The notes beneath the pieces are model-generated. The model had not been told where the DNA came from, searched no databases, and saw nothing but the letters and a program-made list of their open reading frames with translations. A program made the position numbers and the translations under genes. DNA of 64,000 nucleotides, from the NCBI GenBank assembly GCA_965215195.1, contig CBDCDC010000002.1:4288001-4352000 (forward strand), given 5' to 3'. This document shows, piece after piece, positions 27,721 through 37,200 of this stretch; positions within the stretch are counted from its first letter, which is position 1, and each line of letters starts with the position of its first letter. Source of the stretch: Candidatus Latescibacterota bacterium (GTDB lineage Bacteria > Latescibacterota > UBA2968 > UBA8231).

Positions 27721-29307
27721 ATGAAATTTTACAAAAAGGCGGGCATGGAAGGGGACAAGCGAAAGATACTCTGGGCCGACGACGAGATCGACCTGTTGCG
27801 GGCGCATCGGCGCTTTCTCGACGAAAGGGGTTACGCGGTGACGCCGGTGAGCAACGGCAAGGACGCCATCGCCCTGATTGCCCAAGCGCCCTTTGACATC
27901 GTGCTGCTCGACGAGATGATGCCGGGGCTGGACGGGCTTTCGACCTTGGAACAGATCAAGATGACCGATCCCAACGTGCCGGTGATTATGATCACCAAGA
28001 ACGAAGAAGAACACCTGATGGACGAGGCCATTGGCCGCCGCATCGACAACTATCTGACGAAGCCGGTCAATCCCAGCCAGATTTTCATGGCTTGCAAACA
28101 GCTCCTCGACGCGCGGCAGATTCGCCAAAGCCAAGCCGGGCAGCACTACGTCGCTAGGGCTGGCCAGATCCGCGAGCAGCTCGCGGGCGCGGTCACTTGG
28201 CAGACTTGGGTTGACGTACACCGGCAGCTCTGCAAGTGGGACATCGAAGTGGCGCGCTTGGGCGACGCGGGTCTCGGCCAGATGATTGGGGATCAGCGGC
28301 GCGAGTGCAACCGCGAGTTCGGGCGCTTTGTCGAACAGCATTACGCGCGCTGGATAGCGGACGAAGATGATTCGCCGCCGCTATCGGTGGATGTGGTGCC
28401 CGAGTTCGTGGTGCCCTATCTCGAACAGGGCCGGCAGGTATTCTTTATCGTGGTCGATTGCCTGCGCTTGGATCACTGGATGGTGATGGAGCCGCAATTG
28501 GCCGAGTACTTCAACATCAAGCACTCCTACCACTACTCGATTTTGCCTACGGCCACGCCCTTTGCGCGCAACGCGATCTTCAGCGGGCTTTTCCCCAAAG
28601 AGATCGCCGACAAGTATCGCACCACGTGGCGCGAGGCCCAAGACAACGAATACAGCCTCAACCGGCACGAGCACCAATTCATCGACGACTTGGTCTGCGA
28701 CATGGGCGTCGCGCTCAAGCCGGGTTCGCACTACGTCAAGGTGCTAGACACCAGCGAGGCGCGGAAATTGACCCGCAAGATACCGTCGCTGGGCAAGTGG
28801 CCGCTCGTGTCGGTGGTGTACAACTTTCTCGACATGCTGGTACACAGTCAGGCGCAGTCGGACCTGCTCAAGGAAATGGCCCCTAACGAGGCGGCATTTC
28901 GCGCATTGGTGCAGACGTGGTTTGGCAATGCGTCGCTCTTTGAGACCCTCAAGGGCATTGCCCGCACCGACGCGGTGGTAGTGCTGACGACCGACCACGG
29001 CTCAACGCGCGGTACGCGCGCTTCGGTGGTGCATGGGGACCGCAGCACGTCTTCGAGCCTGCGCTACAAGTATGGCCAGAACCTCCGCTGCGAGAAAAAG
29101 GACGCGCTGCTGATCGCCGACCCGGAAGCCTACGGGCTGCCTTCGACCGGCCTCGGGCACAGCTTCGTCATCGCCCGCGAGGACTTTTACTTCGTCTATC
29201 CGACCCAGTTCAACAAGTACCAGCGCCGCTATAAGGGCAGCTTCCAGCACGGCGGCATCTCTCTGGAGGAAATGATTTTGCCCGTGGCGATTATGGAGCC
29301 TAAGTAG
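27721..29307 (+). CDS. porX: PorX-type response regulator with PglZ/alkaline-phosphatase-fold domain
   Basis: ILWADDEIDLL, LLDEMMPG, YLTKPVNPSQI; VVDCLRLD, SILPTATPFARNAIFSG, TTDHG, FQHGGISLEEM; followed by tsaE. Confidence 0.88.
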   Translation: MKFYKKAGMEGDKRKILWADDEIDLLRAHRRFLDERGYAVTPVSNGKDAIALIAQAPFDIVLLDEMMPGLDGLSTLEQIKMTDPNVPVIMITKNEEEHLMDEAIGRRIDNYLTKPVNPSQIFMACKQLLDARQIRQSQAGQHYVARAGQIREQLAGAVTWQTWVDVHRQLCKWDIEVARLGDAGLGQMIGDQRRECNREFGRFVEQHYARWIADEDDSPPLSVDVVPEFVVPYLEQGRQVFFIVVDCLRLDHWMVMEPQLAEYFNIKHSYHYSILPTATPFARNAIFSGLFPKEIADKYRTTWREAQDNEYSLNRHEHQFIDDLVCDMGVALKPGSHYVKVLDTSEARKLTRKIPSLGKWPLVSVVYNFLDMLVHSQAQSDLLKEMAPNEAAFRALVQTWFGNASLFETLKGIARTDAVVVLTTDHGSTRGTRASVVHGDRSTSSSLRYKYGQNLRCEKKDALLIADPEAYGLPSTGLGHSFVIAREDFYFVYPTQFNKYQRRYKGSFQHGGISLEEMILPVAIMEPK

Positions 29308-29312
29308 GAAAA

Positions 29313-29792
29313 GTGAAAAAGGTTTTCACCACGCACTCGGCCGCCCAGACCCACGCGTTGGGCGCTGCGCTGGGCCGGCTTTTGGCACCGGGCGATGTAG
29401 TCGCCTTTCGCGGCGACTTGGGCAGCGGCAAGACCTGCATGATCCAAGGCGTGTGCGAGGCCCTGCAAGTGGCCGATTACGTCACGAGCCCGACCTTTAT
29501 CCTGATCAACGAATACGCCGGGCAATACCGGGGCCGCGATCTGCCCGTCTATCACTTTGATCTCTATAGGCTGAGGAGTGCTGACGAGCTTGAGGAATTA
29601 GGGGCAGAAGAGTACTTTTACGGCTGCGGCGTCTGCTTGGTTGAGTGGGCCGAGCGCGCCGATGGCTCGTTGCCCGCTAGGTGCTGCCACGTGTGGCTAG
29701 AGCACGGCGAGGCTTCGGCCCGAGCTCAGCCGAGGGCTTGCGAGCGGCGGATTACCTTGCAGGGGGATGGGGTCGGCGAAATAGAGTTCTGA
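29313..29792 (+). CDS. tsaE: tRNA threonylcarbamoyladenosine biosynthesis ATPase TsaE
   Basis: GDLGSGKT, VTSPTF, YHFDLYRL, LVEWAER. Confidence 0.95.
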   Translation: MKKVFTTHSAAQTHALGAALGRLLAPGDVVAFRGDLGSGKTCMIQGVCEALQVADYVTSPTFILINEYAGQYRGRDLPVYHFDLYRLRSADELEELGAEEYFYGCGVCLVEWAERADGSLPARCCHVWLEHGEASARAQPRACERRITLQGDGVGEIEF

Positions 29793-29813
29793 GAAATTGC
29801 CAAAGGGGGGACT

Positions 29814-30542
29814 TTGCAGCGGCTGATACTGTGTCTTTGCGTTGCCGCTGGACCGGCAGCGGCCGACCGGGCCGAGCTGACGAGCTTGGTCGATAGCCCG
29901 ACGGCCGGGCTGGTCAACAAGGGGCACTATGCGGTGAATGTTCGCCTGTTTGCCGACGGGGGGGCTGTCGCCCGCTTGCACCTTGGCGTGCTCAAGCGTC
30001 TGAGCGTGAGCGCGTCTTTTGGCGGCGAGCGGCTCATTGGCACGGGTGCGGTCAATTGGTACCCGCGAGTGGGATGGGCCACCCGCTGCCGAATCCTCGA
30101 AGAGGGCTACACGTGGCCGGCGCTGGTCGTGGGCTTCGATAGTCAGGGCGTCGGGCCGTATAGAGGCCAGCGCTACCAAGTCAAATCCAAGGGAATCTAC
30201 TTGGTACTGAGCAAGAATTACACCTCAATGTTAGGGGAACTCGGCGTCCACGCGGGTGCCAATCTGTCGCGCGAGGATGCCGACGACAGCGACTGGTCGG
30301 CGTGGTTGGGCATAGACAAGAGCTTGCGGTTTATGGCCCTGTTCGCCGAGTACGACTTGGGCCGCAGCAACGGCCTACCGAGTCAAGGCGTGGAAGATGG
30401 CTATTTGAACGTCGGAGGGGCGTGGACCGTATCGCCGCAGCTAAAATTCGCGTACTACGTCAAAAACGCGCTAAAAAGCGATCACTTCGGCTCCCAATCC
30501 ATTCGGGAGTTGTCCGTCACGTACAGGAGGAAATTCCGATGA
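29814..30542 (+). CDS. Putative outer-membrane beta-barrel protein (YjbH-like)
   Basis: Signal peptide; LVDSPTAGL; PALVVGFDSQG; amphipathic strands. Confidence 0.6.
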   Translation: MQRLILCLCVAAGPAAADRAELTSLVDSPTAGLVNKGHYAVNVRLFADGGAVARLHLGVLKRLSVSASFGGERLIGTGAVNWYPRVGWATRCRILEEGYTWPALVVGFDSQGVGPYRGQRYQVKSKGIYLVLSKNYTSMLGELGVHAGANLSREDADDSDWSAWLGIDKSLRFMALFAEYDLGRSNGLPSQGVEDGYLNVGGAWTVSPQLKFAYYVKNALKSDHFGSQSIRELSVTYRRKFR

Positions 30543-31906
30543 AGCTACTGGCTATTGCTTTGCTTGGCGTTTGGGTTGGTGGCGCAGTGGCCCAAGAGGA
30601 GCGGGCCATCGACAACTTTGCCGGGGTCGGGGTGCGGGCCATGGGCATGGGCGGTGCTTTTGTGGGGGTGGCCGACGACTTCACGGCCATGTACTGGAAC
30701 CCGGCGGGCTTGGCCCAGATGCAGCGGCGCGAGGTGCAGGTGTCTTTTCTGCGCAATAGCCGCGCCAACGACTCGATTTTCAACGGCACCCCGGGGAGCA
30801 GCGAGCTGACCAATACGCGCTTTGGCTCACTCGGCTTTGTCTATCCCTATCCGGTCTATCGCGGCAGCTTGGTCTTGGCGGCCGGTCTGACCCGCATCAA
30901 GGACTTCGACTGGAGCCTCAATCACAAAGGCGACGAAGACGGACTTGCTGCCGACCACGCCTTCCAGCACGAGGGCGAGTTGGCTTTGGCGGGAGTGTCC
31001 GCGGCCATTGACGTGTCGCCGGCCGTTTCGCTGGGCGCGACCCTCGGTTTGGTAAGCGGCGAAAACGAGGCCGTCAATGAATTTGACTGGGCCGATCCGC
31101 AGGACGAATTCTTCGAGCAGCGATTTCTCGCGCGCGACACCTTTACAGACGAATACCAGTGGACTCCGTATGCTGTCTTGGGCGCGATGCTGCGCACGCC
31201 GCGCGACAAGCTCCGCTACCGATTGGGCGCGACGTTTGCCACCGGGGGGACGCACAAAATTCGCTACGTCTTCCGCGGAGCCTCCTCCTATGGCAAACAA
31301 GACCCTTGCCAACACTTGCTCCCGGAAGCTACTCCAGACTCATTCCTTGAAGGGGATTACAGCTCCATTACGTGCGACGACGGGACCGTAGGGGAATTCC
31401 CGGAAGCGGTTGTGCGTAGCGCGTACGAACTGTCGCTGCCTTTTGAGTTTGGCGTGGGTGCTTCGGCCGAGGCCCTGCCGGGCCTGACACTCGCGGGCAG
31501 CCTGCACTTGGCCGAGTGGTCGCAGAGCGAGTACAAGGGGGCCGATGAGCATGGCTTGCGCGCTGATACCTCGTTTGAGACTCAGTACAGAGACGTCTTG
31601 CGCTATCACTTCGGCGTCGAGTACCAAGTGCCGATCGTCGCGCTGGATCTGCGGGCAGGCTACTTTGTGGACCCGATCCCCTTTGTCGGCCCGCGCGACC
31701 CCGGCTCCGACGATCCGCCCCTCCGCATTGAGGAGGACCGGCGCTTTATCACCCTCGGAGCCGGGATACTGCTCGACGAGGCCGTACAAGTCGATCTGGC
31801 TTGGGTGCGGGGTGCGTTTAAGCAAGTAGAAGAATACTCGGGCAATGAACTCAGCGAGGACTACGCGATCAATCGCCTAGTCGTCGGCGTGGGCTACAAC
31901 TTTTAG
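30539..31906 (+). CDS. FadL/OmpP1/PorV-like outer-membrane protein
   Basis: Signal peptide MKLLAIALL; GVRAMGMGGAFVGVADDFTAMYWNPAGL; C-terminal VGVGYNF. Confidence 0.85.
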   Translation: MKLLAIALLGVWVGGAVAQEERAIDNFAGVGVRAMGMGGAFVGVADDFTAMYWNPAGLAQMQRREVQVSFLRNSRANDSIFNGTPGSSELTNTRFGSLGFVYPYPVYRGSLVLAAGLTRIKDFDWSLNHKGDEDGLAADHAFQHEGELALAGVSAAIDVSPAVSLGATLGLVSGENEAVNEFDWADPQDEFFEQRFLARDTFTDEYQWTPYAVLGAMLRTPRDKLRYRLGATFATGGTHKIRYVFRGASSYGKQDPCQHLLPEATPDSFLEGDYSSITCDDGTVGEFPEAVVRSAYELSLPFEFGVGASAEALPGLTLAGSLHLAEWSQSEYKGADEHGLRADTSFETQYRDVLRYHFGVEYQVPIVALDLRAGYFVDPIPFVGPRDPGSDDPPLRIEEDRRFITLGAGILLDEAVQVDLAWVRGAFKQVEEYSGNELSEDYAINRLVVGVGYNF

Positions 31907-31986
31907 GATTCTTTTTTTTGCTGCGATTGCTGGTTTGTGTATATTCAGGTCGAGAGATGAGTTTAACGCTCCTCAAGGAGGTAGTC

Positions 31987-32682
31987 ATGAAAATGAAGGC
32001 TTTGATTTTGTATTCGGCCCTGCCGCTAACCGCGCTGATGGCCAGCGGCTGCTACACGGTGCTCAGCAGCCCGTACGAGGTGGCCAGCCTGCACGAGGAG
32101 GCACCGACCCGCGATGCAGAGGCACCGACGATTGGCAAGTTCGACGACCGCGACTACATGGACGACTTTTATCGCTATCCGGGTGTGCGCGGCGGCTACG
32201 GCGGCTATGGTGGCGGCTATGGCGGCTACGGTCGCTATGGTGGCTACTATCCTACTGCTCGCTATGTACCCTACTACTACGGCTACGGCTACGGCGGCTA
32301 CCCTTACTATTATGGCGGCTATGGGCCCTATAGTTATGGCTACGATCCGTACTATCGGAGTTCACGCGGTTACTACGTGTCGCCAGGTTATGAACTGGTC
32401 AGCACACGCGAGCTCGACGATTTGCGTGCGGCGAGCCGGCGGAATACGACTCCGATGACGGTCGATCCGGCAGCAGCAGCCGAAGTACAGCGCCGCGAAG
32501 AAGAAGTGTGGCAAAGGCGAGTAGAGCCTCGAGTGCGCAATACACCTACGCCTACGCCGCGGTCCTCGGTCAGCACTCCGCCGAGTGCGCCGGCGACGAG
32601 AGCGCCCGCAACGACGTCGGCATCAGCCTCAAAGAAGACGGAAACCAAGAAGTCGGCCACGCCCAAGAAGCGACGGCGCTAG
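31987..32682 (+). CDS. Gly/Tyr-rich low-complexity lipoprotein
   Basis: AAGGAGG SD; lipobox ASGC; GGYGGYGGGYGGY tract; Pro/Thr and basic tail. Confidence 0.8.
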   Translation: MKMKALILYSALPLTALMASGCYTVLSSPYEVASLHEEAPTRDAEAPTIGKFDDRDYMDDFYRYPGVRGGYGGYGGGYGGYGRYGGYYPTARYVPYYYGYGYGGYPYYYGGYGPYSYGYDPYYRSSRGYYVSPGYELVSTRELDDLRAASRRNTTPMTVDPAAAAEVQRREEEVWQRRVEPRVRNTPTPTPRSSVSTPPSAPATRAPATTSASASKKTETKKSATPKKRRR

Positions 32683-32710
32683 CGTTTATCCGACCGAGTA
32701 CGCACAAAGA

Positions 32711-32751
32711 AGCGGAGGTCCTTTCGTGGCCCTCCGCTTCTTTTATGCCTA
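32711..32751. terminator. Terminator hairpin (left copy, duplicated at 33555-33593)
   Basis: agcggagg-tcctttcgtggc-cctccgct-tctttt. Confidence 0.75.
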
Positions 32752-32785
32752 AGCGGCAGCCGATCTCCTTTGGCTTTTGCCATGC

Positions 32786-32835
32786 TTGACACTCGGATCT
32801 AAAATTACGTAAATTTTCAAAAAAATAATACGTAT
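32786..32835 (+). promoter_or_regulatory. Toxin-antitoxin promoter with palindromic operator candidates
   Basis: TTGACA at 32786-32791, TAAATT at 32810-32815; TACGTA at 32806-32811 and 32829-32834. Confidence 0.6.
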
Positions 32836-32846
32836 AGGAGGCTAAG

Positions 32847-33101
32847 ATGGCTGTTAAAAAGCTGACCCTGAGTGCGCCAGAGGAAGTTATCGCCGAGACC
32901 AAGCGGATCGCAGCAAAAAAGAAAACCAGCGTTTCGGCCCTTTTCGTCCGGCTTTTTCGAATTATTGACCAAGAATGCGATCCTAAAGACACCTTAGGCC
33001 CGATTGCGCTCAGTGCATCTGGAATCGTGAAGTTGCCAACGGATCGAACGAAGGGCGAGTTGCTCGAAAGTGCGCTTGCTGAAAAATATGGGGTGCGGTA
33101 G
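32847..33101 (+). CDS. Antitoxin (DUF6364/ribbon-helix-helix-like)
   Basis: KKLTLS...AKKKTSVSALF; ends LAEKY; overlaps PIN gene start. Confidence 0.8.
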   Translation: MAVKKLTLSAPEEVIAETKRIAAKKKTSVSALFVRLFRIIDQECDPKDTLGPIALSASGIVKLPTDRTKGELLESALAEKYGVR

Positions 33102-33532
33102 TGATCGCGCTGGTAGATACCAACGTTCTGCTGGATGTACTCACGCGCCGCGAACCCCACTATCGAGCCTCTGCATGCGTTTGGACGCTGGCCGAGCGCG
33201 GGGAAATTGCGGCGTTTATCTCAGCCATTAGCTTCAACAACATTTACTACATTGTGCGAAAAGCCGAAAGCAAAACAAAGGCCGAAAAAGTATTGCAACT
33301 GTTGCGGGATACCTTCGACTCCGTAGCTCCCGATGCTAAAATCATCAATCAGGCTATCGACTCAGCCTGCGATGATTTCGAGGATGCCATCCAGTTCCAT
33401 TCTGCCATTCGAGTTGGATCCCACGTTCTAATCACGCGCAATCCGCACGACTTCCCACAGCTAGGGGTCAGCATTGCGACGCCTGAGGAGTTCCTGCAAA
33501 TATGGACAGATCGACTCAAAGAATGCCCCTAA
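33101..33532 (+). CDS. PIN-domain (VapC-like) toxin
   Basis: LVDTNVLLDVL, DFEDAIQ, LITRNPHDF. Confidence 0.92.
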   Translation: MIALVDTNVLLDVLTRREPHYRASACVWTLAERGEIAAFISAISFNNIYYIVRKAESKTKAEKVLQLLRDTFDSVAPDAKIINQAIDSACDDFEDAIQFHSAIRVGSHVLITRNPHDFPQLGVSIATPEEFLQIWTDRLKECP

Positions 33533-33554
33533 GCGCACTCAGCAGAGGAGCACC

Positions 33555-33593
33555 AGCGGAGGTCCTTTTGCGGCCTCCGCTTTTTTGTGCCTA
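33555..33593. terminator. Terminator hairpin (right copy)
   Basis: agcggagg-tccttttgcgg-cctccgct-ttttt. Confidence 0.75.
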
Positions 33594-34280
33594 GTCGCCG
33601 CTTAGATCGAAGTGGCGGGCCTGCGGCTTGGGCGGCGGGGCGATGCGGAAGAGGAAGCGTTGCAGCGGGCGGGCGAGGGCCATGAGCAGTTGGCGCTCGC
33701 CTTGTTTATTGCCGCCGAAGAGCTGTACTTGCACCGGCTGGAAATTGCGCTGTGTGCCCCCCTGCTGCCAGACTTGGTTGGTGTTGAGGTTGATTAGGCT
33801 GACCTTGAGATCTATCGTCAGGTCTATGCCGGGGTTGGGCGACATGCCGTAGGGCGTGGGCGACATGGGCATCATCCGCGCCTGTAAGTGCCTCAGCTCG
33901 ACTAAGACCAAGGCGTCGAGCTCGAGCTCTTCCCTGAGAACGGCCCGTACCGAGTCTTGGTGGACGCTGGTCGAATCGAGGCGAATGTCCTTGAGCCTGT
34001 AGGTGATTTCGTCTTGGTTCATCACCTCGGTCTTGGGCATGTTGCCGAGGCTCCGCACCACGGCGTTGGACAGACGCGCCATGACCTTCTCGATGTCCAG
34101 TTCTCGGAAGGGTTCGATGTTGGTCGCGCAAACGACGCCGATGTGATCGACTTCCGCGAGGAAGGGGCGCAAGACCGGGTCGGGTTGCGCCGGGGCGCGG
34201 AATTCGACGCGCGTGAAAGCACCGCGGCCGCCGCAGCCCGCTAGGCCAATGAGCAGTGCGAGGATGGCGACGCGGATCAA
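33591..34280 (-). CDS. Hypothetical lipoprotein (possible CsgG/TolB-N-like fold)
   Basis: Lipobox LAGC; coupled to the Omp85 gene. Confidence 0.7.
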   Translation of the reverse strand: MIRVAILALLIGLAGCGGRGAFTRVEFRAPAQPDPVLRPFLAEVDHIGVVCATNIEPFRELDIEKVMARLSNAVVRSLGNMPKTEVMNQDEITYRLKDIRLDSTSVHQDSVRAVLREELELDALVLVELRHLQARMMPMSPTPYGMSPNPGIDLTIDLKVSLINLNTNQVWQQGGTQRNFQPVQVQLFGGNKQGERQLLMALARPLQRFLFRIAPPPKPQARHFDLSGD

Positions 34281-37200
34281 AAGCTCTGTCCAAAGCTGAA
34301 GTGGAACTTGAAGTCCGAGAAGTTGCCCTGCATGTCCATTTGCCGGGCGAATTCAAAGTTCATCGGCAACAAGAAGTACACTAAGAAGCCAAAGCCGACG
34401 CTGGCGTGTACCTGCCGCGGGGAGGACGCGGGTGCGTCGTGGGGGTTGTGGAAAGGCCACAGATCGATTTCGTCGTCCTCGTCCCAAGCCATGCCCACAT
34501 CCACAAACAGGCTGCCGTCAATAGCCGGAATCAGGAAGGTGCCGGGCCAGCCAAAGAGGATGCCGCGCACAAAGGGGACGCGCAGCTCGGCATTGGTCAG
34601 CAGAACCCGGCTGCCGGTGAAGGTCGAGAACGGATAGCCGCGCAGCGGGCCAGTGTTGAGGTTGAAGCCCGTGTAGAAGGGCAGATACCAAACCGGCCCC
34701 CCTAAGTTGTATTCGAGGGCGTTGCGGCCCAAAGACCCCACGCCATAGGCTCTCAAGCCCAGCACCGACCAACGCCCCAGCCGCACGTATTGGCGATAGT
34801 CCAATTCGAGGTGCGAAAAAGAGCGCGTGGCCGACCCGAGGTCGAGTGTGCGCCCCACCGAGAGAAAGTAGCGCTTGCCAGCGGTGGCACCCAAAAGACC
34901 GTAGGTAATGGAGTCGTGGACGTATGCGGTCTTGAACAGATGAGTACTGGTAGCAGTAGAATCTGCTTCGTAGATGGGACTGATCTGTTCTTCTTGCTCG
35001 CCGACATACGTATAGCTCAGGTCGAGGCGGCGGTAGAGATCGAGCGGATAGCTGGCGTTGGCCAAGGCCCCGCGCTGCTGGAGACGACTAATGCCCCGAG
35101 TCGGGGAGCGGCCTGGGACGATGAAGTTGCGGTTGTTGATGAAGTACTGGTTCCAGTTGAAAATAGATACGCGGTACGTGGGCCGCTTGCCGTAGTAGTT
35201 GTAACTGGCGGCAAAGTTAAAATCATTGCTGATGTCCTGCGCGGCCACGTAATCCGTGGCCAAGATCAGCGAGTGATTGCCCAAGAGGTCGCTCATGCTC
35301 AGTTGGGCAACCGACGATAAGAATCCATCGAAATAGCCCATCTGCACGGAGATGCCATCAAATTCGAGCTTGGGGGTGTAGCGGCGACGGCGCAGTTCCA
35401 ATTCGCCATCGTCGGCCGCGAGTTGGACGGCAGCTTGCGGCTCTTGGGGTTTGGTGGGTGCTGCCGGGCCGCTGGCTTCGGTGGGCGGTGCCGGGCCGCT
35501 GGATTCGGCTAGGAGCACGGCGGCGTCCGAGATCCCCTGATCCTTCAGGGCCAAGACCTGCCCTAGGTCCGGGGTGCCGCCTTGGTCGGAGAGCGCGGCG
35601 TCGCCCTGTACCGCGGGCCGCGCTGGAGGCGGCTCTGGGGCTGGGGCCTCGGTGGCTGCTGGCGGTGCTGCTTCGGCCACGCGCGCCAGCAACTGGGCGT
35701 CTTTGCGCTTGACCTCGGGCCATTCGGGCATGGCCATGCGGTAGAGGTGACTGCGGCCCTTGAAGTAGGTGTTGAACACGATCTGCCGCCCATCGGGCGA
35801 GAGGGCGGGGTTCATAATGCCGCTGAGGCTGCGGGTCAGGCGGAATTCGCGGCCCTCGTCGAGGTGATAGACGAAGAGGTCGTTGATCTTGTCGCGGGTG
35901 GAGACGAAGAGCAGCTTGTTGCCTTCGGGCAGCCACTGAGGCCACAGGTCGTCGGTGGGGCTGGATATGGCCGTGTGCGCCACATCCTCGGTTAGATCGT
36001 AAACTTTGATGTTGAACTGGTTGCGGTACTTGGTGCTAAAGGCGATGCGTTGGCCATCGGGCGACCAATTCGGGTAATCTTCGCGCTCGGGCGTGCCCGT
36101 GAGTTGACGCCGCTCGCCGGTCTGCACGTCAATGATGTAGAGATCGCTCTGGCCCTGTCCGGTGCCTATAAAGGCGAGGCGGCGGCTGTCGGGTGCCCAA
36201 GTTAGGCTCTCGACGAGATCCATATCGGGCAGGGTCAGGGTCTGCACGAGCTCCTTGTCGTAGAGATTCCACAGCATGATGCGGTCGCGGGGGCCTTCTT
36301 TGGCGACAAAGGCGATGGTCTGGCCGTCTTGTGCCCATGCCACAGTACCGCTGCCGATGCTGAGATGATCGTAGTCGGCGGCGCGCATGCTCTCGGTGAC
36401 GCGCTCGACGAGCGAGGCGTCGCGCAGGCGGATGATGTCCACGTGCTGTTCGATCCCGTCTGAGGAGTGGACGGCGAGCATGTCGCCGCTGAGCGACCAG
36501 CAGGCGCTGGAGAAGCTGTGGATATTCTCGTCGTCGCCTATTTTCTCGGCGAATTCAGAGGTGTAGTCGCGCGTCTGCAAGAGGGGCCAATAGGTTTTGC
36601 GCATTTGGGCCGACCAGCGCTCGTCGAGGGTCTTCAAGTCCATGCCAATCAGGCGATCCATGAGCTTGTCGGTGTCGTGCTGGCTGTCCCACAGGCGGAG
36701 GATGCGGCTGATTTTTTCCGGGCCGTACTGCTGGGCAATGTATTCCATGAGCGCGTGGCTCTGCTTGTACGCGAGGAATACGTTGCCTTGGCCCCAAGCC
36801 TGATTCATGGTTTCGAGGGGGATGAGGCCGTCGGTGAGCACGGCGTCGCGGAGGACCATTTCATCGACCGTGTTGCGGCCCGGGGTGGTGTATTCGGCCA
36901 TGCCCTCCATGAGCCAAGTGGGCGGCTGGACGATCGGGCTGGTGATGCGGCGAATGGGGCCTTTGTGAACGATGTCGTACTGGAAAATGTGGGTCAGCTC
37001 GTGGACGAGGACATTGCGGAACTCGTCGAGATCGCCGGCAAAGGGGACGACCATGCGAAAGCGCAGCGGCTCGGCAAAGCCGGCGACCCCGGGCGGCAGA
37101 AAGTCGGGGAAGATATTGGTCTGCTGGAACTGGTAGTGAGACTGATAGATGACGACCGGCGGCCGGTGCGACAGCTCGTGGTGCAGAATTTGGCTGATGT

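Noticed and set aside
27721-29307. BREX defence system suggested by the PglZ domain
   Set aside because: Receiver-PglZ fusion next to tsaE is the PorX architecture; no brxC, pglX or brxL present.
32185-32345. ggcggctac-type tandem repeats as a non-coding repeat locus
   Set aside because: Explained by the Gly/Tyr-rich coding tract of the lipoprotein.
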